From the IMG/VR virus record IMGVR_UViG_3300045988_115271: 64,000 nt of DNA. One strand, 5' to 3'. This document shows positions 49,501 through 56,881 of this stretch, piece after piece (position 1 is the stretch's first letter; each line of letters begins with the position of its first letter). The stretch is from a virus. The notes beneath the pieces are model-generated. The model was not told the DNA's origin. It saw only the letters and a program-made list of their open reading frames with translations, and searched no databases. The position numbers were made by a program, and so were the translations under genes.

Positions 49501-50011
49501 CCTGTACCATAGATACGGGAGTGAAGTCCGAAGATATAGCATCTTGTAGATACTGCCCTGAGTCTATTCCTGGTTCTTCCGGCACGGAGATACTTGACGG
49601 AACCATAGCATCCACCAACATAATATTATCACCCAGATCTTGGCTATAAAATCCAAAGCCTGATTCTTGAATCCCATAAGGTGCATCTGATTTCGACACA
49701 AGAATAGGGTTGCTCATCTTAGAAGCCTTATCCAGCACCCTTTCTCTATAGGTCTCTGGAATAAGGCCGATGTTAGATTTTACCTTATTGTAAGCCTGTT
49801 TGTTGATAGGCACATTCCTTCTCCAGTCACCAAAAGCCTTTAAGAACTTATTAGAAAATACGGTTTTAAAAACAGTAGTAGCCCGTTCCCTATTCTCCAT
49901 AAGAGGAATAGATGCTATTTTATCAAACAACATAGACCTGTCCCCTGATCTGGTAGAGACAGAAACAACTTTATTTTTATTATCTCTTTTAATAATACAC
50001 GTTGATGTCAT
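43589..50011 (-). CDS. giant protein of unknown function (2140 aa; possibly an ejection or virion component)
   Basis: Uninterrupted 6.4-kb ORF. The sequence is largely alpha-helical and charged, with a hydrophobic segment near the C-terminus (VYAGTFLIMQAVSMLLAGW). I see no catalytic motif. The ATG at 50011 is preceded by a TAccTTTG -7 motif. Confidence 0.6.
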   Translation of the reverse strand: MTSTCIIKRDNKNKVVSVSTRSGDRSMLFDKIASIPLMENRERATTVFKTVFSNKFLKAFGDWRRNVPINKQAYNKVKSNIGLIPETYRERVLDKASKMSNPILVSKSDAPYGIQESGFGFYSQDLGDNIMLVDAMVPSSISVPEEPGIDSGQYLQDAISSDFTPVSMVQDNDVNYMVIKYGLKIFSPEELPETDSNPVGVTYQTGEPRLFFMNDRNQLFEDYGEALRSGGNDIRIGFLSGIVQESTVDGVADITYKAGKYVLNNPKSFIPVMTASASTSLSTKGGIINYLIKKGLLSGSKIFDPETRSYYITGEGHTGQIRLFNSALSYTELRNHFGSDVSMNDQGMITINSLDNSKVTMRLATGGTERVSKEQIKSDLKSGRYNELDAKYDHFDALVVSFILEDNDLYADTKAKIVSDYSQEERNQRNSIVEILKTLGVSVVGMTDYIEKYQTKYGHEPSAKALADIANNVIAVGEDATLSDLVEETAHFLVEAYRDQNAVESVLQDVEGTEEWNQYAGQYYNTYGKVYEGSELDNAVRREILGKILAREMQTGTAQAPVEPTSFLGRVRQLLSGIVNWLKSALSTQRQDLNNVIKNIRDLAITDIDKGFDTSLLKDNDFTLYSLSSMKKNKFLESKIRALRKTLRDLRQISSDRAVTTSMTLAQLKTIEDKINKVETEIDKNEMAAAMNSMISTAEAQVRYLSNVVNTILHGDTKDGKLHFNTNDRKNVDIINNQVLPIMNDLRGYIRNRSTEFDEREKQDYTNRINTVIADINGIQSDIKSVQDLDESTLLDKLMNELHVPADKVKRVKEFFDKVQHDVSWISRWFGILEHSSSPFNNALGAMIAKDNYNAMVNAQPAISDFLAYAKKHGFNKSEFEKLLQKVDGKTSNYLRSALDMAKYDRNKKLAQMRAFATAMNIEISEEEINDVVDNNRNYVFKREVVDKDGNTVTENAKFKPSSDRVNTDIFTIEQEKIYTEQMEKWDAENSELEFSESYATRMESIYKKAEEELGHPVSQTTKEYLNALSRQKRILRQPFIDSGGNFDEVAYYKSSNYEEEGLLRKQRKEAASEYIYVGTRRVDKTGDQLKMAKEIQAINEVWRKESNNVTNAVSESFLQKLRTIQRESGGEAALKTLMLGGHLSFNDRFWNDVESEQSARTESNNKASYLKMAQDIISSTTSDRDATDVDSIVKDIEKNKAIIKEIIGNNRDVADIGEINEATFTSSERDAFRAASEAIEADYAILIDYAKMVGLEDIDKYLTKSSKAENEVNQSYLNALADSKEVEWKFVQRHTTAKKAKRIQALRDKLFKAADNRHLFTVSETNYLSEKLGISKELDGRDFRNAVNAKMASLFLNNTRESGIEEANAVVNEFARSQVFSYYKRMAPTGYAAMIDKIGRGEIDVAQMVKDVQNGTSTQDYGMDISYLSFDPARAWVAESEAENSGRNPDYVKDHGYGHRMPKKSLYRDESYFNDFGIKYDADGNEVATKNVEQWNMIQKLKEIKRQSLDLYKEQSPNLYAIPQISKQDIERVEGLGINFKNTVRNFVSDLCLDRVDDSLYGKTRQGEVYDPEDRVRSIPKYYIYELENQDDVSHDFGYSYSMLMMQSSLYNEKQKSIELAQGLEQMLLNKQFEGGKKAEATQAYQMFRDFFNDHYYGIRMNTKKLTVNIGGYTVDLTRIMMAVERFMSVMNLALSPFVAATGALTGHINLIMESAVGQYISKDSLKYASAEFSRLAPSCIAETGDIDRKSKLYVIGERMGIFNIRNRMYGAGYNRVARTLMRSPMYAFMEILNYPLDPQVMIATMDNVRYYKGRFYTFQDFKMEKERNKEQSTIKREWNALKDRTLWSMVDVVDGKVVVKPGSGVTVEEVETQMAITRNQVRSLSQICNGSLNEENRTAASRNWIARFMTAHRGWLVLSAQRLWKRRGFNFQTMQEEEGLSITLKNMIAKTFSLTSESGMKNIIDAWNENKDNMNEVEKTNLKRLSVYAGTFLIMQAVSMLLAGWRDDDENEESWLTQFGSYVGFRTINEIASQMPFIMELNVVDIINDPFVMGRKLKDLTDLRNYSLDKVTSGTYKGESKLFRQLAKQTFIKQWYNIKTPEDVARAYNWWQQTNNKSMMFFIGATPDSEGDDDVSYK

Positions 50012-50034
50012 AGTAAAACATTTTTGTTATGAGA

Positions 50035-50042
50035 CAAAGGTA
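50035..50042 (-). promoter_or_regulatory. Bacteroides-type -7 motif TAccTTTG upstream of the giant gene
   Basis: The plus-strand CAAAGGTA at 50035..50042 reads TACCTTTG on the minus strand, 24 nt upstream of the ATG. Confidence 0.4.
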
Positions 50043-50059
50043 GTTAAAAATCAAGCATA

Positions 50060-50101
50060 TCATAAAAAATAAAGCCACCTAACTTCTCAGTCTGATGGCT
50101 T
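50060..50101 (-). terminator. hairpin plus T-run terminator candidate on the minus strand
   Basis: AAGCCA (50072..50077) pairs with TGGCTT (50096..50101). On the minus strand the stem is followed by TTATTTTTTAT. It lies between the 107-aa gene and the giant gene. Confidence 0.4.
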
Positions 50102-50153
50102 AAAAATAATATGAAAAAAAATTATAATCTGACGAAAAATCGTCAAGTTACGC

Positions 50154-50477
50154 TTATGCATTGTATTTGTACCCATTTCTATGAATAAACCTTCCTGATT
50201 CGAACCTTTCCACATCATCCGGTCCAATAGGTCCGCAGTCTTCCCTCCTTGCCTCATACCACAGCCCAGGCTTACGAAGTCGGCAGGTTATGACGTATTT
50301 AAAACAGTTGTGAGTAAAATGGAATACGGAGCCTACTGGGAAATACCTGGTAGTTTGAAACACTATTCTTTTTCGTTTAGTATCAAACACTATATCTCCT
50401 ACTACCTTAGTTACGTAATAGCTTCTGCCATTTAACGTTTCATCTGTTTGTGGTATCCAATAATAACCTCTTGCCAT
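50154..50477 (-). CDS. hypothetical protein (107 aa)
   Basis: ORF in the minus-strand block. Confidence 0.4.
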   Translation of the reverse strand: MARGYYWIPQTDETLNGRSYYVTKVVGDIVFDTKRKRIVFQTTRYFPVGSVFHFTHNCFKYVITCRLRKPGLWYEARREDCGPIGPDDVERFESGRFIHRNGYKYNA

Positions 50478-50506
50478 GCCACAAATATATAAAAAAGTCG
50501 GATAAC

Positions 50507-50827
50507 TTACGTACCCGACTCTATTATTTGTTTAAACAGACCAATTCCGTCTATTATAATATGACCGCTTCGCATACGACCATTATTAGGATTATAAAGA
50601 AAATTAAAACCACTTTCTTTTTCTTGTCTTTCAAAAGAACTGATATCCTTTCCTCTACGAGCTCTTCCAAAAGCCTTCTTGAACAACTTTCCTCTGAAGG
50701 TCTTGACAAGGTTCTTGGTAGCGTTATTACCGGCTCTTATCGTTACTTTCCTTGCCTGGTCTTCTGAGACAAAACTGCTTCGGAAAATATACGATGCTGC
50801 TGCTTGTATATCTTGTTTAGTAATCAT
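50507..50827 (-). CDS. hypothetical basic protein (106 aa)
   Basis: ORF in the minus-strand block. Confidence 0.4.
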   Translation of the reverse strand: MITKQDIQAAASYIFRSSFVSEDQARKVTIRAGNNATKNLVKTFRGKLFKKAFGRARRGKDISSFERQEKESGFNFLYNPNNGRMRSGHIIIDGIGLFKQIIESGT

Positions 50828-51180
50828 ATGCCAAACATTTCTTTCAGAATACCGATCTCTATTCCATATATCAGTTTCGTTTCATCTTTATCATATACGT
50901 CAAAAAAGGATTCACTTGAGTCCTTTGGATTTACGTTCAATTGAGCTATGCAATTACCAGCATAAACCTTAAGCTTATAATTATCAGAATATATATCCTG
51001 CAACATGATTTCAAATGTTTCAATTAATTGTTTAACAAGGATTGCGTTAAATGAAAAAGACTCTTTGCCATCACCCTTAAATGTAATATAATCAAAATCC
51101 TTGGTATTATCAAATTCGTACTCTACCCGACTGTCGTCCATCATATCATAAGTGATTGACTTTTTGATTTTAAACCCCAT
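50824..51180 (-). CDS. hypothetical protein (118 aa)
   Basis: ATGA overlap with the upstream ORF. Confidence 0.4.
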   Translation of the reverse strand: MGFKIKKSITYDMMDDSRVEYEFDNTKDFDYITFKGDGKESFSFNAILVKQLIETFEIMLQDIYSDNYKLKVYAGNCIAQLNVNPKDSSESFFDVYDKDETKLIYGIEIGILKEMFGI

Positions 51181-51197
51181 GTTATTTTGTTTTTTAG

Positions 51198-51503
51198 TTA
51201 ATATAGATCTTCTGAATACAATTGTTCTCTAATGGCACTCCTATCTACTACCATTTCCTGATTATTGTTTCTAACAAGTTCAGATGCCTCCTCTCTTGTT
51301 AAAAACCGATTCTTGCTTGTCAAAAATCCTTGAACACTGCGGTTTTTATGGGCTATACCGTATGCCGCAAGTTGAGATAGTATAGAGGGGTGTCTCAATC
51401 CACAGAACACGGTACCGGATGGTATATTGGTGGGCTGATAGGGACGTTTCTTGTCGTCCTGTACCCAGATGGCCGCGCATATCACGATTTCTTTATTGCA
51501 CAT
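51198..51503 (-). CDS. hypothetical protein (101 aa)
   Basis: ORF in the minus-strand block. Confidence 0.4.
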   Translation of the reverse strand: MCNKEIVICAAIWVQDDKKRPYQPTNIPSGTVFCGLRHPSILSQLAAYGIAHKNRSVQGFLTSKNRFLTREEASELVRNNNQEMVVDRSAIREQLYSEDLY

Positions 51504-51505
51504 GA

Positions 51506-51781
51506 CTATAAATTTAATATTCCGTTTTTACCAATATGTTTCTTTTCTTCTTCAGTAGGCCATTCTTTCTTGAACTTACCATGCCACGTTCCAGGAACTA
51601 CCACCACTTCGCCTCCCTTACTATATTCAATAGCGGCACATTCAGAACAAAGAGGCTTGCCTTCATATCCCTTTAGCGACTTATCGTAAATACGATTCTT
51701 ACAAGGTCTTGTAAGAGCCCAGTAACACGATGTGGCTGTATTATCTATACAGCCACATCGTGAACAAACAAACAAACTCAT
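51506..51781 (-). CDS. zinc-ribbon protein (91 aa)
   Basis: CSRCGC and CSEC motifs. Confidence 0.4.
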   Translation of the reverse strand: MSLFVCSRCGCIDNTATSCYWALTRPCKNRIYDKSLKGYEGKPLCSECAAIEYSKGGEVVVVPGTWHGKFKKEWPTEEEKKHIGKNGILNL

Positions 51782-52674
51782 TTCACAACCTCCCAGTCAT
51801 TCGACGATATATCTTCTATACTTGGATTCCACGATGTCAGCCTCCGTGTTTCTTCATTTATAATTATGATCAATGACTTTTCCACATGAATTGAGCTAAC
51901 ACCACTTTTTCTAAAAGCATCAAGATGTTCATTTTTCCACCCATGCCTTTTGATATTATTACCATTTTTCAAAAATTTAAAAGCTTCTTCAAATGTTAAA
52001 CCCGATTTCTTTCGAAAAAGATACTGTTCAAGTCTGTCTGCGGCTTCATTTGGTGTATGGCCATCGTATTCGAAAGCGGTTTCTCTCTCAGGAACATCAA
52101 ACAAATCCCAGTACTTGCTTTCATAGTGATTAGACACCTGACCAGTGGGTAACATTGCCATCACAATAAACCAATCATCAGAACCGAAGCATTTTTCTCC
52201 GTCGCTGTGTCTCCTTGATTTGCAAACTTCAACCTGTCCGTTTCTGGCTAATAAATTAAAGAAGGCAGCGTTATACAACATGCGATACCGATACAATTCA
52301 TTGAAAGTGTGGTATCCGTCAGAGACTTCTCCCACGTCTACAGGCTTCTTGTTTTGAATACTACCCAAAATATTCTCTATATAGAGCTGTATTTTATACA
52401 TACCCATTTCGGTGTGGCCGTATTTGTTCAAGATATTATTGACATCGTATTGTATATTAAAATCTTTTTCAAATTCTACTTCAGGATGATTAGAATAGTA
52501 GTAATCTACTGATGCTTCTAACACGGACTTGATGTGTTCTACTATCCTCGTAGCATCATCATGTTTAAAAAAATGCTTTAATCTTTCAACGAATTTAATA
52601 TCTTCATTGATTGTTGATTCGAACTCTTCTTTTGTCATCACTCTAATTACATCTTTAAAATCTTTTAATTCCAT
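51778..52674 (-). CDS. hypothetical protein with a C-terminal DUF2829-like domain (298 aa)
   Basis: C-terminal FEEAFKFLKNGNNIKRHGWKN... resembles the phage-associated DUF2829 signature (A.e.Lk.Gk.v.R.GW). Confidence 0.4.
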   Translation of the reverse strand: MELKDFKDVIRVMTKEEFESTINEDIKFVERLKHFFKHDDATRIVEHIKSVLEASVDYYYSNHPEVEFEKDFNIQYDVNNILNKYGHTEMGMYKIQLYIENILGSIQNKKPVDVGEVSDGYHTFNELYRYRMLYNAAFFNLLARNGQVEVCKSRRHSDGEKCFGSDDWFIVMAMLPTGQVSNHYESKYWDLFDVPERETAFEYDGHTPNEAADRLEQYLFRKKSGLTFEEAFKFLKNGNNIKRHGWKNEHLDAFRKSGVSSIHVEKSLIIIINEETRRLTSWNPSIEDISSNDWEVVK

Positions 52675-52904
52675 TATTTGTAATATTTTAATTGTTCATA
52701 AATCCTATATTTACTTATATCATCGCACAGGTTACACCCTCCTGTACATCCACAAACCGAACAATACGAGTCTCTTTCTTCCTTCGGTCTGGATTGAAAA
52801 TCTCTTACAGCCTTAATCCATATAGGAGAAATAATCTTACCGGAAAATACAGGTACATTTAAAAGTAGTGTTTTCATGATTTTGGCAAAACATTCATATA
52901 ACAC
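52674..52904 (-). CDS. small Cys-rich protein (76 aa)
   Basis: CSVCGCTGGCNLC. Confidence 0.35.
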   Translation of the reverse strand: MLYECFAKIMKTLLLNVPVFSGKIISPIWIKAVRDFQSRPKEERDSYCSVCGCTGGCNLCDDISKYRIYEQLKYYK

Positions 52905-53092
52905 GGCACATCTACCACATCTCTTCTATGAAGTCCCTTTTCAAAATAGGAAACCATGTAAGTGTTTTTACCTTCGTGATCAGGTCTGGGATCAAAGCAT
53001 TCAAAAACGAATCTTGTTCTACCTTCAAGATGACCAAACATGAAAACAAATTCGCCACCGTATCTTTTATTAGCTAATTCTTCTACGGTCAT
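52874..53092 (-). CDS. hypothetical protein (72 aa)
   Basis: ORF in the minus-strand block. Confidence 0.35.
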   Translation of the reverse strand: MTVEELANKRYGGEFVFMFGHLEGRTRFVFECFDPRPDHEGKNTYMVSYFEKGLHRRDVVDVPCYMNVLPKS

Positions 53093-53316
53093 AATCTGTC
53101 TCCTCCCAATCCTGAATTGATGCTAACGTACTTGACACGAACTTCATTTCCACGTCCAAGCTGACCCCAGCCGGGCGATGGCGTTCCCTTGGCCGGAGCA
53201 GGGACAGCCCTAAGCCGAGACCAGTCCTGCTTTTGCCTCATGGCTTCGGCCTCTTTGTAATACCGGTTACACAGTTCTTGATCTTCGTAACCAACGTAAT
53301 CTTCCTTATTTTCCAT
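53089..53316 (-). CDS. hypothetical protein (75 aa)
   Basis: ATGA overlap with the upstream ORF. Confidence 0.35.
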   Translation of the reverse strand: MENKEDYVGYEDQELCNRYYKEAEAMRQKQDWSRLRAVPAPAKGTPSPGWGQLGRGNEVRVKYVSINSGLGGDRL

Positions 53317-53380
53317 AAAAAATACTTTTTCAACAAAAGTACGACATTTATAAATTAATTAGATTTAAAATAAAACAATA

Positions 53381-53421
53381 TGAATTAAAATAAAAACCCG
53401 ATACGTTAAAATCGCATCGGG
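53381..53421 (-). terminator. Rho-independent terminator candidate (minus strand)
   Basis: CCCGATACG (53397..53405) pairs with CGCATCGGG (53413..53421), 8 of 9 base pairs. On the minus strand the stem is followed by TTTTTATTTTA. It lies downstream of the 60-aa gene. Confidence 0.5.
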
Positions 53422-53443
53422 CCTGGTATTGAGAAAAATAGGT

Positions 53444-53620
53444 TCAGATCTTGGGTAAAGATTCGAGCCAATTTTTAACATCTTTATATTTAGGGTCTTT
53501 GTCTATTCTATCTTTCAGTTCATGCAATGCTGAGTCCATAACCGTATTCGGTACGCCAATCAACTCTCCTATTAAATACAATGGGGTTTTATTCGATTTA
53601 GATTCGTGTGCTATATTCAT
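53444..53620 (-). CDS. hypothetical protein (about 58 aa from the ATG at 53620)
   Basis: Small ORF; the ORF track used a TTG two codons upstream. Confidence 0.3.
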   Translation of the reverse strand: MNIAHESKSNKTPLYLIGELIGVPNTVMDSALHELKDRIDKDPKYKDVKNWLESLPKI

Positions 53621-53647
53621 ATCCAAAAAAAAGTTATGTGAAACAAA

Positions 53648-53815
53648 CCGGCCACGGGTATTCTATTGCCCGCCGACCGGTATAATATTTTTATTCCTTT
53701 TTTTCCAAACGGGAAAAACGGGAATGCGGGAATCATATTTTTTACTATGGCTCCCGCACCACCGGAAGGACCTGGATCTGGATCTCAGGTCAGATCCTTC
53801 CAGTTTATTTTTTCG
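53648..53815. promoter_or_regulatory. structured intergenic region with four elements: a GC-rich hairpin (53648..53680); three direct (A/G)CGGGAA repeats (53708..53734); a second hairpin GCGGGA/TCCCGC (53726..53757); and a GGATCT-caggtc-AGATCC hairpin plus T-run (53780..53813) reading as a plus-strand terminator
   Basis: All elements are visible directly in the sequence. The region is 158 bp and non-coding. On the minus strand the repeats read TTCCCG three times, about 80-110 nt upstream of the 60-aa gene. Confidence 0.4.
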
Positions 53816-54078
53816 CCGAGGTAATCTTGCACGGCAAGCCATCTTATAAAGGCTACTCCTTCGGGAGCATCCGGATCATCCAAATACATTAACGTAGCTT
53901 TCACCAACTCGTTCTCACATTTGAAGACCTTCGGAAAACCATCCGAATAGTACATTGCAAAGACATATTGGACATCGCCCCATGTCGCTTTATCCGGCTT
54001 CTTCGCTCCGCACTTTTCAAAAATATCTTTTATTTCCGGCTGCTTCCAGATCCTCTTGGATCCATCGACGTTGACCAT
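53785..54078 (-). CDS. hypothetical protein (97 aa)
   Basis: ORF in the minus-strand block. Confidence 0.4.
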   Translation of the reverse strand: MVNVDGSKRIWKQPEIKDIFEKCGAKKPDKATWGDVQYVFAMYYSDGFPKVFKCENELVKATLMYLDDPDAPEGVAFIRWLAVQDYLGEKINWKDLT

Positions 54079-54171
54079 CTTCTTTACCGCCTCATCAGCG
54101 AGAGCATTAGAAAAATGGTAGCCGTAAGTATCTACATATTTCTGATAAGCTGGATCCTCTGCGTCTGCTCC

Positions 54172-54549
54172 TCAATAAGAACGACCTCTGCCACGTCCGC
54201 GACCTCTACGCATCTGAGGTCCGTCACCGTAGTATCTGTCGTCTCCATAGTAATCGGTCGGGTAGGATTCGTAACCCATCCTCCGGTATTCCCGGTCCTC
54301 CATTTCATGACGACGTTCGCGCTCTTCGAGCCTTCTTTCCCTTTCTTCCAGCTCGTTTTCGCGTTCTTCCATTTCCTTCATCTTCTCATGCATACCGTAA
54401 TGATCATAAGGAGGAAGGAACCCATGTCCGTACTCCATGTACGTCCCATCAGAACGACGGCTTCTGCCTCTGCCTCCACCTCGCCTGTCTTCTATCTCAT
54501 CATATCCAGGATATTCTCTGTGTCCTGAATTTAAATCATATACTATCAT
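54172..54549 (-). CDS. Arg/Glu-rich protein with RGG/RG-repeat termini (125 aa)
   Basis: DRRGGGRGRSRR at the N-terminus, a central ERERRLEERERRHEMEDRE stretch, and a C-terminal RRGRGRGRGRSY. It is probably disordered and nucleic-acid binding. Confidence 0.5.
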   Translation of the reverse strand: MIVYDLNSGHREYPGYDEIEDRRGGGRGRSRRSDGTYMEYGHGFLPPYDHYGMHEKMKEMEERENELEERERRLEERERRHEMEDREYRRMGYESYPTDYYGDDRYYGDGPQMRRGRGRGRGRSY

Positions 54550-54556
54550 ATTATAC

Positions 54557-55051
54557 TTATTTCAAACGTTCTACAATTAACTTCTTTAAATCTTCGAATG
54601 AATCAGTAAGGTCATTCACCTTATTTTCTATACCAGCTATTTTACGATCCTGCTCTCTCGTTTGTTTGAATGCCGGATTGATGTCTTCTAATATAGATTC
54701 ACAAGCCTCTATCTTGGCACGATGGGTATCTACGCTGTCTATTATGTCTTGACTGGTGCTTTTTATAGCATTCAGTTCGTTCATAATCGGATCTATGCTG
54801 GTAGATAATGTTATACCCATAGCCTTAGCCACATTTTGGGATTCCGGGACCGTATAGGTCTTGGTTTCGCCAGTGAGCTCTACCGTCAGATCCACCACGC
54901 GGGTCTGCATCGCCTGATACTGACCCGGCTGAGGAGGAAGATACCTGGGTTCGGATACGGCTACTACCTTTCCCAATTCGTATTTAGGTACTGTATTAGT
55001 ATCAAGGGTATGTACCTGAAACCCCTTCTTCAAATCTGAAAACATGATCAA
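54557..55051 (-). CDS. hypothetical protein (164 aa)
   Basis: ORF in the minus-strand block. Confidence 0.45.
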   Translation of the reverse strand: MIMFSDLKKGFQVHTLDTNTVPKYELGKVVAVSEPRYLPPQPGQYQAMQTRVVDLTVELTGETKTYTVPESQNVAKAMGITLSTSIDPIMNELNAIKSTSQDIIDSVDTHRAKIEACESILEDINPAFKQTREQDRKIAGIENKVNDLTDSFEDLKKLIVERLK

Positions 55052-55101
55052 AATATTATTTAGGTGAAAATAGGGTGATGATCTCCATCACCCTACTGAA
55101 A

Positions 55102-55515
55102 TCATTTACCTGCTTTAACTTCAGACGCCTGGGCTGCCGCTACTGGAACACAGCAATCCATTAATCTTAACACGCCACGAACTTTATTGAAGTACAGAAG
55201 GCGTTCTGTGCCATTTACCATAGCAGCACCCGTTACAGCTACGTTAATAGGGTTCACGACATTCACTCCCGTAACCGAGCAACAGGTGTCGGCTCCTACT
55301 GTTGAAACTGTGCTGTTTGCCGGGACCGCAATCTGTACCGGTAGAGCACTTCCGGCTGTGGGGACTACTTGCCTTATCTTAAGAAGGATAAGACCCTCAC
55401 ACGGAAGGGCGATCCAAGCCCGTGGGTTAATACCGAAGACTGTATTTGTCGTACTGACAATAACATTCTTCGTAACCATCTCATACAACGATCCTATTTT
55501 AGAAACACAAGCCAT
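55102..55515 (-). CDS. Val/Thr/Ala-rich beta-type hypothetical protein (137 aa)
   Basis: ORF in the minus-strand block; low complexity. Confidence 0.4.
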   Translation of the reverse strand: MACVSKIGSLYEMVTKNVIVSTTNTVFGINPRAWIALPCEGLILLKIRQVVPTAGSALPVQIAVPANSTVSTVGADTCCSVTGVNVVNPINVAVTGAAMVNGTERLLYFNKVRGVLRLMDCCVPVAAAQASEVKAGK

Positions 55516-55538
55516 ATTAGCCTCCTTTCTTAATAAAA

Positions 55539-56546
55539 TCAGACAGCAGCGTTGTTATTGCAACATCCGTTGTTACATCCGCATCCGTTATTACAGCAAC
55601 CTCCTCCGAATACCTGTCCCCAAGTATAAGCCTGGTAAGGAGAACAAGAGGGGTAGGCCGGGACGGCCGTCGGGCGTAATTGACCAACGATATTCTGGGT
55701 TTGTTGCTGAGATAATGCCGAAGCTGTCAAAGCCGCTTTTTCTTCACGAAGTTGAGCAATAGTGTTCTGCATCTCCCTCATTTCCAACTGACAGAATTTG
55801 TCGTTGATCATAACGGTTTGGGCGTCAAGTTTCGCAGACAAGATATTGAATTGGCTTGTAGCTTGCTCACGATTGTTAGCCAGACCTTGGTTGAGACCAT
55901 TCTGCAAGATATTGGTTTGTTCCAACGTGCGAAGCTGGTTATCAAAACCTTGCTGAGTAATCATTCCCTGAGTCTGGCAAGTGCTTTGATTGATCAACGA
56001 ACTCAGATTGCAGCAGCAAGAGCTGATTTGATTTCCTATTTCACAACCTTGTTGTTGAACTGCGTTGATAACAGCCTGAGAAGTCATACCTACCTGACCA
56101 GCTACTTTATCAATAGCACCCTGTACGTTGCAGATAGCGTTCTGAAGTTGAGTAGTAGAACAGTTCAAAGCAGAAGCAATCTGATCTATGGCGCTACGAT
56201 TACCTTGAATTGCCTGCATCAAAAGTTCACGACCGTAATCGTTATTCAACTGAGCCGGCAAACCATTGGCGCAACAATCACCGCCATTTCCAAAACCGTT
56301 ACCGAAGCCGCGTCCACCCCACAGCCAGAACAAAACAATTATCCAGAGCCACCAACCGTTAGCCCCACCGAAACCGTCCTGGTTGTTACGACCGTTCATC
56401 AAAGCCGCCACCAGATTCGGATCCATTTTATTACCACCTATCAAATTAGCAAACATGCCGGGAATCATTGAAAGAAGACCGTTAGTGGCTGCACCACCAC
56501 CGTTAGCCCCGGCTCCATCTAAAAGGACGATTTTATCACCACCCAT
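55539..56546 (-). CDS. Gly/Gln/Asn/Cys-rich membrane protein (about 335 aa from the Met at 56546; the ORF is open back to 56621)
   Basis: A Gly-rich N-terminus (GAGANGGGAATNG), a transmembrane segment WWLWIIVLFWLW, a long Q/N-rich helical region, and a C-terminal GGGCCNNGCGCNNGCCNNN tail. Confidence 0.45.
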   Translation of the reverse strand: MGGDKIVLLDGAGANGGGAATNGLLSMIPGMFANLIGGNKMDPNLVAALMNGRNNQDGFGGANGWWLWIIVLFWLWGGRGFGNGFGNGGDCCANGLPAQLNNDYGRELLMQAIQGNRSAIDQIASALNCSTTQLQNAICNVQGAIDKVAGQVGMTSQAVINAVQQQGCEIGNQISSCCCNLSSLINQSTCQTQGMITQQGFDNQLRTLEQTNILQNGLNQGLANNREQATSQFNILSAKLDAQTVMINDKFCQLEMREMQNTIAQLREEKAALTASALSQQQTQNIVGQLRPTAVPAYPSCSPYQAYTWGQVFGGGCCNNGCGCNNGCCNNNAAV

Positions 56547-56574
56547 AATTTTATAGTATTTAATTGTTAAACAT

Positions 56575-56591
56575 ACGTGCATGAAGCACGT
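56575..56591. promoter_or_regulatory. perfect palindrome ACGTGC-atgaa-GCACGT just upstream of the Gly-rich gene
   Basis: 6-bp stem with a 5-nt loop, seen directly. Confidence 0.35.
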
Positions 56592-56881
56592 AACAAAGAT
56601 CATGATTGCAGGGTGGAACAAGGCTGAGTTTGTTTCCGATAAAATGGAAGGATTTTCAGTAAAAACGGAAATATAATATACAACGAGTAGTTTTCCCCAT
56701 TTATGGGGAAAAATTGATAATCAGCAACTTTCGCTTTTCCTTTTTTGGGTAAAGCGCTGTAAATCAAAACAGGATCCGCATCACTGCGAATCCTGCCTCA
56801 ACTAATCTAAACTAAAATACCATGAAAAACTTTTCCCTACTAAAACTAAAGAACGAACAAATGTATGAAAATACATGCTTT

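Noticed and set aside
43589-50011. Virion RNA polymerase call for the 2140-aa protein
   Set aside because: I could not find a DxDGD-type metal-binding motif or other double-psi beta-barrel RNA polymerase signatures by eye. It is retained only as a hypothesis in the findings, not as a feature call.
53968-54528. 186-aa plus-strand ORF overlapping the RG/RE-repeat gene
   Set aside because: Its translation is hydrophobic and low-complexity, typical of the antisense frame of a charged repeat protein, and all neighbouring genes are on the minus strand. I treat it as spurious.
55187-56471. Plus-strand ORFs (191 aa, 239 aa, 96 aa) antisense to the Gly-rich gene and the 137-aa gene
   Set aside because: They sit inside a coherent minus-strand operon and their translations are compositionally odd (Thr/Val/Pro-rich), consistent with antisense artefacts of low-complexity genes.
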